DNA of 44,924 bases from an uncultured Clostridia bacterium (GCA_946562005.1 CAMNVD010000001.1:1-44924), one strand, 5' to 3'; counted from the stretch's first letter, positions 17,293-26,183 are shown. Notes: generated by a model from the letters alone, not told the origin. Made by a program: numbers and translations.

Positions 17293-18372
17293 ATGGTAAC
17301 CATTAGCCTATGTATGATTGTAAAAAACGAAGAGGACGTACTGGAGCGTCTTTTAACCAGTGCGCAAGATATTGCCGATGAGATAATCGTCGTGGATACC
17401 GGCTCCACCGACCGCACCTGCGAGATTGCTCGCAAGTTTACGCCCCTAGTATATGATTTTACCTGGCAGGATGATTTCGCTGCTGCACGAAATTACGCCT
17501 TTTCTCTGGGAACGAAAGATTATCTCCTCTGGCTAGACGCCGACGATGTAATCACCCCCGCTGCAAAAGAGAAATTCTTACGCTTAAAGGAAACTCTCTC
17601 CCCTGCCGTCGATGTGGTGATGCTACCTTACGAAACAGCCTTTGACGAGGAGGGCAACCCTACCTTTTCTTACTTCCGGGAACGGCTCATTAAAAATCAC
17701 GCCGGCTTCCGTTGGGAGGGGGAGATTCACGAGGTCATCCCCCCTAGAGGCAACATCCTCTATGGCGACGCTCCTGTAACCCACCAAAAGATAAAGGTAG
17801 CCGACCCAGAGCGAAACTTGCGTATTTTTGAACGAATGATAGCAGAGGGCAAACCCCTCTCTCCCCGCCATCAGTTTTATTATGGCAGGGAGCTATTTTA
17901 CCACGGACAGGAAGCAAAAGCTGCTACTGTTTTTGAGACGTTCCTAGCCGACCCTGCCGGCTGGAGCGAGAATAAAATCGAGTGCACACGACAACTTGCA
18001 ACCTGCTATTTTCACCAGGGACTAGAGGAACTAGGCATTACCACCCTCTTTCGCTCCTTCCTTTGGGATAGTCCTCGGGCAGAAACTTGCTGCGACATCG
18101 GCGCCTACTTTTTAAAAAAGGGCTTATACGAGCAAAGCATTTTCTGGTACGAACTTGCAGCAGCTACCCCCAGAGATGATACCAAAGGCGGCTTTGTGCT
18201 GGGGGATTGCTACGGGCTTATTCCCTATTTACAGCTTTGCGTCTGCTACGACCGCTTAGGCGATAGGGATAAAGCCCTCCACTATCACAAACTGGTAGGA
18301 GAGCTCAACCCCAACCACCCCAGCTACCTGCAAAACGAAATATATTTCCAAGAAAAAAAGAACTGCAAATAA
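17293..18372 (+). CDS. family-2 glycosyltransferase with C-terminal TPR-like domain
   Basis: ISLCMIVKNEEDVLERLL...VVDTGSTDRT...LWLDADDV (GT2 DxD). The C-terminal half is helical-repeat-like. Confidence 0.75.
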   Translation: MVTISLCMIVKNEEDVLERLLTSAQDIADEIIVVDTGSTDRTCEIARKFTPLVYDFTWQDDFAAARNYAFSLGTKDYLLWLDADDVITPAAKEKFLRLKETLSPAVDVVMLPYETAFDEEGNPTFSYFRERLIKNHAGFRWEGEIHEVIPPRGNILYGDAPVTHQKIKVADPERNLRIFERMIAEGKPLSPRHQFYYGRELFYHGQEAKAATVFETFLADPAGWSENKIECTRQLATCYFHQGLEELGITTLFRSFLWDSPRAETCCDIGAYFLKKGLYEQSIFWYELAAATPRDDTKGGFVLGDCYGLIPYLQLCVCYDRLGDRDKALHYHKLVGELNPNHPSYLQNEIYFQEKKNCK

Positions 18373-18387
18373 TATGCAGTTCTTTTT
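18359..18387 (+). terminator. intrinsic terminator after the GT2 gene
   Basis: AGAACTGCA / TGCAGTTCT stem enclosing the stop codon, followed by TTTTT. Confidence 0.65.
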
Positions 18388-18391
18388 AAAT

Positions 18392-18542
18392 GGTGCCACG
18401 CTGCACAAAAGCAAAATCAACTACTTCCCAGGCAAAGTATAAATACTCCCAACAATTACTCTTGGCCCAAGAGGTAGTATGTTTTTCTCTCGTACATAGT
18501 AGCAGGTTCTTGTCATTCTGAGGAGTGAAGCGACGATGAATC
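18392..18542 (-). repeat. MITE/REP-like intergenic repeat, long form lacking one end
   Basis: GCCACGCTGCACAAAAGCAAAATC...AATTACTCTTGGCCCAAGAGGTAG...GTCATTCTGAGGAGTGAAGCGACGATGAATC. It ends exactly at the mutY stop codon. Confidence 0.75.
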
Positions 18543-20165
18543 TTATCCTTTATAGAGCGCCGGCAGAAAGATGCGAAAGGCCCCCGGCAAGGGAATACGC
18601 TCCTCCAGCTCCCCTAAGGTCACCCAGGTAAACCCCGCCGCCTCTCTCTCACAGTCTATATAATACCCCTGCATATGCCACTCGATGTGAGTGAAAATAT
18701 GCTTTTTCTCTGTAGCATACCAAAGATGACGAGGGCTAGCGCCCCACGCCGCTGCCTGGTCTAGAGCTTGCTGCTCGTTAAAGTCGCCCGTCTCATTAGG
18801 AAACTGCCAATAGCCAACAAGAAGTCCTGGCTCCTGCCGCTGACAAAGAGCCACTTTCTCACCACAACGCAGCACCCATACTGTGAGCCGCTCCACCCGC
18901 CGAGGTTTTTTCTCTGCTTTTACCGGCAACAGGAGCGCCATCTCTTGCCCTGCCGACAGGCAAAAATCCGCTAACGGGCAAATTTCACACTTTGGCGCAC
19001 CGTTAGGCACGCAGACAGTCGCCCCCAGCTCCATGAGGCTTTGGGTAAAATCGCCGCAATATCCCTGGGGATAAACCTTCTCTAAATCTTCTTGCCGGCG
19101 AGCTTTTACTGCCGGCAGGTGAATGGGCCCATAATCTGCCATCAGTCTTGCCGTTACCCGGAGCACATTGCCGTCTACCGCCGCCTTTGCCCTGCCAAAA
19201 CAGATAGAAGCAATAGCCCCTGCCGTATAGTCGCCGATACCGGGCAACGCACGGATTTCTTCATATTCCGCAGGAAATACACCGCCATATTGGGCCATGA
19301 TAACTTGAGCTGCCTTTTGTAGGTTTCTCGCCCTGCTATAATAGCCCAGCCCCTCCCAGAGCTTCAATAGCTGCTGCTCCGGCACCTGAGCTAAGTCCGC
19401 AATGGTGGGCAATGCCGCCATGAAACGGGTGTAGTAGGCCTTTACTGCCTCCACCCTAGTTTGCTGGAGCATGATTTCCGACACCCACACATGATAGGGG
19501 TTTGTATCCCGCCGCCAGGGTAAATCCCGCTTATGCGCTCCATACCAAGGCAATAGCGCCTGCGGCAGTCTTTCATAGCGGGCTTGCCGCTCCATCTCTA
19601 TAGCCAGGATTTTTTCATACAACTCCCGGTAAATAGGAAGCATATGAAGTTCTTTGCACTGTTTCTCCAGTTCTGCCACAGGCAACCATGCCACGGCTTT
19701 GTTTTCATCGGGCTTTATCGTAAGCTTCTGTTTCTCCGGGGCGATGAGCCCATAGGCAATGACGAAGTGGTCGTGAGCAGGGATAAGCTTCCCCCGCTTC
19801 TCATGGGCAGGCACCGGCAACACATAAATACCTAAAACATCTGGCGTATAGCACCACACGGTATTAACGCCTGTTTCCTCTTTGGTCTCTTCTATGGCCT
19901 TCGATAAAAGGTCTACCGCCCCATCAGCATGACCGCCTGTCCACGAGAAGGAACCATAAATCAAATGGTGAACCATTAACGTCTTAGACAAATCAGGAGA
20001 TAGAACCAGAGCGCCTACAGTGAGATGAATATCTTCCTTTTCCCGAGAAAAAAGGAAATCGCCGTTTTTCGCTAATGCTGCCAGCAACTGCTTTTTCGCC
20101 TTTTTTTGGGAAGGAGAACCAGGGGAAAAAGCTTCTATTTGTTTCCCGAAATCCTGTATATCCAT
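18543..20165 (-). CDS. mutY: A/G-specific adenine DNA glycosylase MutY with an extra N-terminal Nudix-like domain
   Basis: Residues about 200-540 carry the HhH-GPD core (WVSEIMLQQTRV, LPGIGDYTAGAI), an Fe-S loop CVPNGAPKCEICPLADFC and a C-terminal MutT-like domain. Residues about 40-190 carry a Nudix-like box GGHADGAVDLLSKAIEETKEETGV. Start set at ATG 20165 (AAAGGA upstream). Confidence 0.8.
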   Translation of the reverse strand: MDIQDFGKQIEAFSPGSPSQKKAKKQLLAALAKNGDFLFSREKEDIHLTVGALVLSPDLSKTLMVHHLIYGSFSWTGGHADGAVDLLSKAIEETKEETGVNTVWCYTPDVLGIYVLPVPAHEKRGKLIPAHDHFVIAYGLIAPEKQKLTIKPDENKAVAWLPVAELEKQCKELHMLPIYRELYEKILAIEMERQARYERLPQALLPWYGAHKRDLPWRRDTNPYHVWVSEIMLQQTRVEAVKAYYTRFMAALPTIADLAQVPEQQLLKLWEGLGYYSRARNLQKAAQVIMAQYGGVFPAEYEEIRALPGIGDYTAGAIASICFGRAKAAVDGNVLRVTARLMADYGPIHLPAVKARRQEDLEKVYPQGYCGDFTQSLMELGATVCVPNGAPKCEICPLADFCLSAGQEMALLLPVKAEKKPRRVERLTVWVLRCGEKVALCQRQEPGLLVGYWQFPNETGDFNEQQALDQAAAWGASPRHLWYATEKKHIFTHIEWHMQGYYIDCEREAAGFTWVTLGELEERIPLPGAFRIFLPALYKG

Positions 20166-20213
20166 ATGAGGAAATCCTTTCAATAGGAATCTATCTGTTA
20201 TTATACCATAAAT

Positions 20214-20251
20214 AAAAAACGGACTGTGGGTAAACAGTCCGTTTTGCTTTT
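20214..20251. terminator. bidirectional-looking terminator between ferritin (3' end) and the mutY upstream region
   Basis: AACGGACTGT-gggtaa-ACAGTCCGTT flanked by an A-run and a T-run. Confidence 0.7.
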
Positions 20252-20266
20252 TCTCTGTATTGCCAA

Positions 20267-20776
20267 TTAAAATTCCAGGGATGGAGGATTATAGGTGCGG
20301 CCGGCAAGTTCGCTGTTGAGCATATAGAGGCCTTTGGCGTCGCTGCCGAATAATTCCATTTTGGTGATTAAGTCGGAAGCGTTCTTTTCTTCTTCCCCTT
20401 GTTCTTTGACAAACCAATCTAACATCTGCATAGCCCGGAAATCTTTTACCTTAAAAGCTGCGGCGTAGATGTCGTGAATGAGAGAGGTCACATATTGTTC
20501 ATGTTCTAGGCCTGCTTTTAATGGGTCCATGTTGTTTTTGAATTTCTTATCAGGTTTTGCGATGGCTTCCAAAGTGATTTTTTCACCGTTGTTTTGCAAA
20601 TATTGATAGAAAAGCATTGCATGGGCTTGTTCTTCTTGAGCTTGAATTTTATACCAGTTTTCAAAGCCGTCCAAGCCTACTTCACCATAATAATTAGCAA
20701 AATCTAAATAGAGATAAGCAGAATACAATTCTTTGTTGATTTGGTCGTTGATTAAAGCTGCTACTTTTTTATCCAT
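20267..20776 (-). CDS. non-heme ferritin
   Basis: 169 aa with LNDQINKELYSAYLYL...QAQEEQAHAMLFYQYL (ferroxidase-centre pattern of Ftn). Confidence 0.9.
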   Translation of the reverse strand: MDKKVAALINDQINKELYSAYLYLDFANYYGEVGLDGFENWYKIQAQEEQAHAMLFYQYLQNNGEKITLEAIAKPDKKFKNNMDPLKAGLEHEQYVTSLIHDIYAAAFKVKDFRAMQMLDWFVKEQGEEEKNASDLITKMELFGSDAKGLYMLNSELAGRTYNPPSLEF

Positions 20777-21095
20777 AGTCAGAATACACTCCTTTAATTT
20801 TACAAGATTCTTCGTCGTTATCTCCCCTGAATACCAAACAAAAGAGATTTATCGACAAATTTTGTCTGCTAATATTTTGTCTACCGATATTCTATCACAA
20901 TTGGACAAGAAATCAACAGCTAATCAGGAATTATTCTTAACAAATATTATCAAATGCACACCATACTGCCATAGCGTCGTTACGATTCTCATGTACTAAA
21001 TACTTATAGCTAATAGGTATCTATGCTTGACGTCCATAGAAATACCATGCTAAGCTAAAAGCAACAGAGCACTCTAGATAGGAGGCGAAAGGAAT

Positions 21096-21983
21096 ATGAT
21101 AGAAGTTCGTGTACTGAGATACTTCCTTGCCGTAGCAAGAGAACAATCTATTTCCGGGGCGGCAGAGCTATTGCATCTATCCCAACCTACCCTTTCCCGC
21201 CAGCTCATGGATATGGAGGAAGCATTAGGTAAAAAGCTCTTTATCCGAGGAAACCGCCGCATTACGCTGACAGAAGAAGGAATGTTCCTTCGCAAGCGGG
21301 CAGAGGAAATTGTCAACTTGGTAGACCGGACAGAAGCAGAAATGGCGGCTTCTGATGAAATCATCAGCGGCGATGTTTATATCGGCGCTGGAGAGACAGA
21401 CGGCTTCCGCACTTTGATGTCAGTGGCAAAAAGTATCCAGAAAGACTACCCGAACATCCGCTACCACATCTCCAGCGGCAATGCAGAAGACGTCCTGGAA
21501 AAGCTGGAAAAAGGCTTATTAGACTTTGGCCTCCTTATCGACCCGGCAGACATCAAAAAATATGAAAGTCTGACCTTACCTGTTACCGATACCTGGGGCG
21601 TCCTTATGCGGAAAGACAGCCCGCTTGCCGCCAAAAAAGAGATTACACCGGAAGATTTATGGGACAAGCCTTTACTTATTTCCCGACAGGTCTTCACAGA
21701 AAAACGAGGGCTCAGCACTTGGATTGGTCAAGACTTAGACAAACTTCAGATTATCTCTACCCACAATCTGGCATATAATGCTTCCATCATGGTGGAAGAA
21801 GGCTTCGGCTATGGAGTAACCCTGGACAAGCTCATTAATACGCCGGAAGATAGCCCCCTATGTTTCCGCCCCTTAAAAGGCGCCGACCAGGCTGAGCTGG
21901 TTATCGTTTGGAAAAAATACCAGGTATTCTCCAAGGCAGCAGCGTTATTCTTAAAACAACTACAGAAAACATTTTCAGAATAA
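21096..21983 (+). CDS. LysR-family transcriptional regulator
   Basis: N-terminal HTH LRYFLAVAREQSISGAAELLHLSQPTLSRQL plus a LysR substrate-binding domain. AGGAGG lies upstream. Confidence 0.9.
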   Translation: MIEVRVLRYFLAVAREQSISGAAELLHLSQPTLSRQLMDMEEALGKKLFIRGNRRITLTEEGMFLRKRAEEIVNLVDRTEAEMAASDEIISGDVYIGAGETDGFRTLMSVAKSIQKDYPNIRYHISSGNAEDVLEKLEKGLLDFGLLIDPADIKKYESLTLPVTDTWGVLMRKDSPLAAKKEITPEDLWDKPLLISRQVFTEKRGLSTWIGQDLDKLQIISTHNLAYNASIMVEEGFGYGVTLDKLINTPEDSPLCFRPLKGADQAELVIVWKKYQVFSKAAALFLKQLQKTFSE

Positions 21984-22041
21984 TCTGAAACACACAATCA
22001 GATTTTAAAATCTCTTCTATAGATAAATAGATAATAAAATT

Positions 22042-22092
22042 AAAAGCTACAGAAATCAGCATGATATTGCATTTTTCTGTAGCTTTTGTTTT
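22042..22092. terminator. bidirectional terminator shared by lysR (+) and tRNA-Ser (-)
   Basis: 14-bp stem AAAAGCTACAGAAA / TTTCTGTAGCTTTT with T-runs on both strands. Confidence 0.7.
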
Positions 22093-22181
22093 TGGCGGAG
22101 CGGGTGGGATTCGAACCCACGTGCCCGTGAAGGCTAACGCATTTCGAGTGCGCCCCGTTATGACCACTTCGATACCGCTCC
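22093..22181 (-). tRNA. tRNA-Ser (anticodon CGA)
   Basis: 89 nt. Acceptor GGAGCGG/CCGCTCC, anticodon loop CUCGAAA, long variable arm, T-loop GGTTCGAATCC and an encoded CCA. Confidence 0.9.
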
Positions 22182-22302
22182 ATATTTCACATTTATTAGT
22201 ATGACGGAATGCTGTTGGTTTGTCAACCGAACAAGCCTCTTTTTCTCTCTGCAAAACATACTATAACAACAAGATATTTTAGAGTGAGGAAAGGGGCAAA
22301 CT

Positions 22303-23100
22303 ATGATACAGGATAAAAATAAACAGTCCCTGCTTCTCTTCCCTCATAGCCCGAAGGGCATATTCACTTATCCAGTTTTTGCCGCCAACAGAGAATCCCA
22401 TCACGTCTATAGCATACTGGAACAAAAACGACGAGCAAAAGAGGAAAAAGCCAAACCCCAACAAAAAACCCGTCATAAATATCAACAGGCAGCCAAGGGC
22501 TTCTTCGGCAGCGCCTTGCTAACTGATAACGATATGGCCCAAAGGACGCTACCGGCGCCTGTCTCTGACCCCACAACCAATAGTCCACCCTTTACGGCGC
22601 TACCACGAGGACAACGTTTTTCCTCCCGGTTTTGGCAGCCGGTAAACAATACTATTATTGTAGCGCCACCCAGTACAGGCGGAGATACCTCCCCAGACAT
22701 TATCCTCTCTATCTCTCTCTTACTCTCCAGCCCACCGGTGCCCCTTTTAACGCTTACCATGCCCCTAAATGCAGAAATCAGCGCCTCCATCACCTTACCA
22801 CTAAACTACTATGATGAAGAAGCTGATATTTCTGCGATTCCTGCCGTCGCCTATACCATCAATGCCAATCTAATTATTGCCATCGCCTTTCCAAACGACA
22901 CCTATACCCATTTTACTAATCCTACCGTCACCCTTATCTTCGGTCTGCCCATTAACTATATGTCAGGCCTATCTATTCCCGTAGCCTTTGGTTCAGAAGG
23001 TCCCACCTATCCTGTACTCATTATTAACCCGCTAGCCACACCGGAAAATCCGGAAAGCGGCGATGTGGTGGTGCCGCCCGAAGCACCATTTATCCCATAA
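22303..23100 (+). CDS. hypothetical Pro/Thr/Ile-rich protein (orphan)
   Basis: 265-aa ORF with AGGAAAGGGG 6 nt upstream of the ATG. No signal peptide, TM segment or motif recognised. Convergent with leuA. Confidence 0.45.
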   Translation: MIQDKNKQSLLLFPHSPKGIFTYPVFAANRESHHVYSILEQKRRAKEEKAKPQQKTRHKYQQAAKGFFGSALLTDNDMAQRTLPAPVSDPTTNSPPFTALPRGQRFSSRFWQPVNNTIIVAPPSTGGDTSPDIILSISLLLSSPPVPLLTLTMPLNAEISASITLPLNYYDEEADISAIPAVAYTINANLIIAIAFPNDTYTHFTNPTVTLIFGLPINYMSGLSIPVAFGSEGPTYPVLIINPLATPENPESGDVVVPPEAPFIP

Positions 23101-23109
23101 ATCGATTGC

Positions 23110-24630
23110 CTATGCTTCGGCAGCCTCCTGGTCGCTGATAACCCGGTTAATGGTATTAATATAAGCAAGAACGCTGGACTCTAGAATATCGGTAGAAAGC
23201 CCTTTGCCGCTATAGATTCTATCAGCAAAACGAACCTTGACTGTGACTTCACCCATGGCATCTTTGCCGTCTGTAACGGCACGGATACTATAGTTTTCCA
23301 GGGTGCAACTGATACCGACGATTTTATCTACAGCACGGAAAATCGCATCAATTGGTCCATTGCCCACTGCCGCCTCCGAATGAACCATATCCTCGTGAAC
23401 CAAGTCCACCCCAGCAATGGAGGTGATATTGTTCCCTGTCTGGATTTGGAAAGATTGTAGCTTATAGTGTTCCTGGACCTGGAGAGATTTCTTCTCGATG
23501 AGTGCGCTAATATCCCGGTCGGTTACTTCCTTCTTACGGTCGGCTAATTCTTTAAATTTCACAAAAGCGGCGTCGATAGTTTCATTATCCAGACGAAAGC
23601 CCAGCTCCTCCAAACGAAGGGCAAAGGCATGACGGCCGCTGAGTTTGCCCAGGACAAAATCAGACTGAACTTTCCCGATAGACTCCGGCGTCATAATCTC
23701 ATAAGTCTGAGGATGGGCAAGAACACCATGCTGATGGATGCCAGACTCATGGCGGAAAGCATTAGACCCCACTACCGGTTTATTGGTAGCAATATCTACA
23801 GCGGTGAGACTTTCTGTCAATTTGCTAGTACGGTAGATTTGCTTGGTATCCACCCCGCAGGCAAAGCCATAATGGTCTCGACGCACAGCAAGCCCCATAA
23901 CCACTTCCTCAAGACTTGCATTCCCAGCCCGCTCCCCGATACCATTCATCGTGCACTCTACTTGCCGGGCGCCGGCAATGACCCCGGACAAAGAATTTGC
24001 CACCGCTAGCCCCAAATCATTATGACAATGAACAGAAATCACAGCTTTCTCAATATTCGGCACATGGTCCATAATGCCTCGGATAAAAGCGCCGTATTCT
24101 TCTGGTGTGGCATAACCTACCGTGTCCGGTACATTGACAGTAGTAGCCCCCGCCGCAATCACCTGTTCCAGCACTTGATAGAGGAAGGCAGGGTCACTGC
24201 GGAAAGCGTCTTCAGCAGAAAACTCAATATCAGAGCAAAACTGTTTGCCATATTTCACTGCCGCAACTGCCGCTTCTAATACCTGCTGGGGCTGCTTCTT
24301 TAATTTATACTCCATATGCAACGGAGAGGTAGCCAGAAAGATATGGATGCGGGGAGACACCCCCTGCTTTACTGCTTCCCAGCAGGCATCAATGTCAGAA
24401 GGCAAAGCCCGGCAGAGACCGCAGACGGAAGTATCCTTTAACTCCCGGGCGATTTTCGTCACGGCCTCCCGGTCGCCTTTCGATGCGGCAGGAAAACCTG
24501 CCTCAATCACATCTACGCCCAACCGCTCCAGCTGACGAGCAAGGGCTAGTTTTTCCGCCATATTTAAATTTATACCGGGCGTCTGTTCGCCATCCCGCAA
24601 TGTGGTATCAAAGATTCTAATTTGTTCCAT
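23110..24630 (-). CDS. leuA: 2-isopropylmalate synthase (LeuA/CimA family, short form with C-terminal regulatory domain)
   Basis: [27 protein letters not shown] and a C-terminal LeuA-dimer-like domain. Preceded by a T-box leader with a CUC(A) specifier candidate. Confidence 0.85.
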   Translation of the reverse strand: MEQIRIFDTTLRDGEQTPGINLNMAEKLALARQLERLGVDVIEAGFPAASKGDREAVTKIARELKDTSVCGLCRALPSDIDACWEAVKQGVSPRIHIFLATSPLHMEYKLKKQPQQVLEAAVAAVKYGKQFCSDIEFSAEDAFRSDPAFLYQVLEQVIAAGATTVNVPDTVGYATPEEYGAFIRGIMDHVPNIEKAVISVHCHNDLGLAVANSLSGVIAGARQVECTMNGIGERAGNASLEEVVMGLAVRRDHYGFACGVDTKQIYRTSKLTESLTAVDIATNKPVVGSNAFRHESGIHQHGVLAHPQTYEIMTPESIGKVQSDFVLGKLSGRHAFALRLEELGFRLDNETIDAAFVKFKELADRKKEVTDRDISALIEKKSLQVQEHYKLQSFQIQTGNNITSIAGVDLVHEDMVHSEAAVGNGPIDAIFRAVDKIVGISCTLENYSIRAVTDGKDAMGEVTVKVRFADRIYSGKGLSTDILESSVLAYINTINRVISDQEAAEA

Positions 24631-24668
24631 TTGCCTGCACCTCTTTTTCTTTTTGTGATTGATAAATC

Positions 24669-24763
24669 ATACCATATTGTCATTCTGAACGTCAGTGAAG
24701 ACTCTTGTTTATCTTAACTATGGTTAAGGCCCTTCGACTATACTCAGGGTGACAACATGGTAT
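24669..24763 (-). repeat. MITE/REP-like repeat, short form, inside the leuA leader
   Basis: ATACCATATTGTCATTCTGAAC...CTCAGGGTGACAACATGGTAT, about 20-nt terminal inverted repeats around the core motif. Lies between the T-box terminator and the leuA start. Confidence 0.7.
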
Positions 24764-24770
24764 AATTAAT

Positions 24771-25075
24771 AAAAAAGTCCTATGCCTTTTACCTAAAGTA
24801 AAAAGCATAGGACGAAATCACTTCCGCGGTACCACCTATTTTCACTCTTCCTCCTCAATATGGGAGAAAAAATGCCACTCTCAAGCCTGATTACGGAGGC
24901 TGCCGTCAGCAACTACACAAAGCAAAACCTGCTTCTTCCCTGCCGCCACTAAAGGATGAGAAGAAATAACCAGCCCCAAAGCCTCGCACCTGCCGGCTTC
25001 TCTCTGTAAAGACCTGTTATCTCCATTTCCTATCATGGTGTTTATTCCTATCTGCATATTCCTTGCATTTGGCTT
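24771..25075 (-). promoter_or_regulatory. T-box riboswitch leader (Leu specifier candidate) controlling leuA
   Basis: Minus strand carries an AGAGAG box and GGUGCGAG in stem I. The conserved T-box AAUAGGUGGUACCGCGG is at 24842-24825. A terminator GUCCUAUGC...GCAUAGGAC plus U-run is at 24813-24771. Candidate specifier CUC followed by A is at 24960-24957. Confidence 0.8.
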
Positions 25076-25102
25076 TATGGTAGCATGGCGCATCGGTTTT
25101 TG

Positions 25103-25648
25103 TCAAGACCGCCGCTGGGAGACAACGCCCTGCCCTGTAAACATCGCTAAAACGCCGGCCTTTTGCAAAGCAGCAATAAATACGGTGGAAAGAAGCGCCC
25201 CGCCCGCAGTAGATACCAGGAACGGGAACATATACGCATAAAAGGCAATTTCTCCGGCAGCCCTACCCATAAAGAAAATAGCTACCGGGTAAGCGCACAA
25301 CCCGCCTAATACTGCCGTGCCAAAAACTTCCGCCGCAAGGGTCAGAGGAATATTCCTGGTATAGCGGTAGATAAGACCACAAAGCAGCGCCCCCAACATA
25401 CTCCCCGGAAACGCTAACAAACTACCAATGCCAAACAGATTGCGAATAAGGCTAGCCGAAAATGCCACCCCCACCCCATACCAGGGACCAAGCAACACTG
25501 CACATAAAATATTCACCGTGTGCTGTGCCGGAGCGCATTTACTCCCCAGCACCGGAAAAGAAAAGAGACTACCAACAACTGCCGCTGCACAAAGAAGCGC
25601 AGCCATACATAGTTTCTTTGTTTGCATCGTTTGCATAGATTTCATCAT
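25103..25648 (-). CDS. thiW: ECF-transporter S component ThiW (thiamin-precursor uptake family)
   Basis: About 180 aa with 5-6 TM helices and motifs APAQHTVNILCAVLLGPWYG and SLLAFPGSMLGALL, which I recognise as ThiW-like. Start is probably ATG 25648 or 25645, after AAGGAG. Confidence 0.7.
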   Translation of the reverse strand: MMKSMQTMQTKKLCMAALLCAAAVVGSLFSFPVLGSKCAPAQHTVNILCAVLLGPWYGVGVAFSASLIRNLFGIGSLLAFPGSMLGALLCGLIYRYTRNIPLTLAAEVFGTAVLGGLCAYPVAIFFMGRAAGEIAFYAYMFPFLVSTAGGALLSTVFIAALQKAGVLAMFTGQGVVSQRRS

Positions 25649-25680
25649 CAAATCTCCTTTATAAAAGAATATACATCTTC

Positions 25681-25833
25681 AAGAACAGCAGCTACAGCAT
25701 GGTTCTCAAAGGCCGGTCGAAGCTTATTGGCTTCCTCTCACGCCGGAACACGGCTTCCCATCGCTGTAGACACAAGACACAGGGCGCTCCCCCTCTATCT
25801 GCCTGAACTTATCACTTCAGGAATGCTGTTCTT
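25681..25833 (-). ncRNA. structured 5' leader of thiW with a partial match to a TPP (THI-box) riboswitch
   Basis: Minus strand reads AGGGGGAGCG...GGCG-UGAGA...GAAGC/GCUUC hairpin...GACC..CUUUGAGAACC. A long-range 10-bp pairing AAGAACAGCA / UGCUGUUCUU encloses it. No canonical pyrophosphate-sensor helix was found. Confidence 0.4.
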
Positions 25834-25922
25834 CACATCCTTTCATAAAGTATTGATTTTTACTGCATTACCACTTCCTTAAATGCCACCCTGCACATAG
25901 TGAAGAATAACATTACCAAGAA

Positions 25923-26030
25923 AGTATCGTTTATTACCCATTATCATTCTGAGGAGCGAAGCGACGAAGAATCCCTTGAGCCCCTCACGCCTCCCTCAGG
26001 GTGATGACCAGGCAGGTAATAAACTATACT
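25923..26030 (-). repeat. MITE/REP-like repeat, short form
   Basis: GTATCGTTTATTACCCATTATCATTCTGAGGAGCGAAGCGACGAAGAATC...CCTCACGCCTCCCTCAGGGTGATGAC...AATAAACTATAC is the inverse orientation of the 28307 and 29997 copies. Confidence 0.7.
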
Positions 26031-26183
26031 TCATATTACCACAAGCAATTTCTCTCTACAAGACAGGAAAAACACAAATCATCACGAATAACTACACAAA
26101 GCAACCAAGTAGATTCTGTGAATCCTTCTCCGGGAACAGAATCAGATAGGCAAATTTTACGGATATCCTAAGAGGCCAATGCC

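Noticed and set aside
20777-21095. A Fur/PerR box upstream of the ferritin gene.
   Set aside because: AT-rich segments such as AATTATTCTTAACAAATATTATCA give only weak partial matches to the TGATAAT-n-ATTATCA or TTATAAT-n-ATTATAA consensus, which is not enough to call.
21901-22254. A 117-aa minus-strand ORF spanning the tRNA-Ser(CGA) gene, and 148-aa (plus strand), 63-aa and 61-aa (minus strand) ORFs spanning the tRNA pair at 44011-44457.
   Set aside because: They overlap well-formed tRNA genes and terminators, and tRNA sequence frequently yields spurious ORFs.
26031-26183. A possible c-di-AMP (ydaO-type) riboswitch upstream of ktrB, as found in front of some Firmicutes potassium transporters.
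   Set aside because: Only a simple GATTCTGT...ACAGAATC hairpin is visible. I could not find the conserved ACGGGG/CCCA/GAATC-type blocks of that motif. A cmsearch would settle it.
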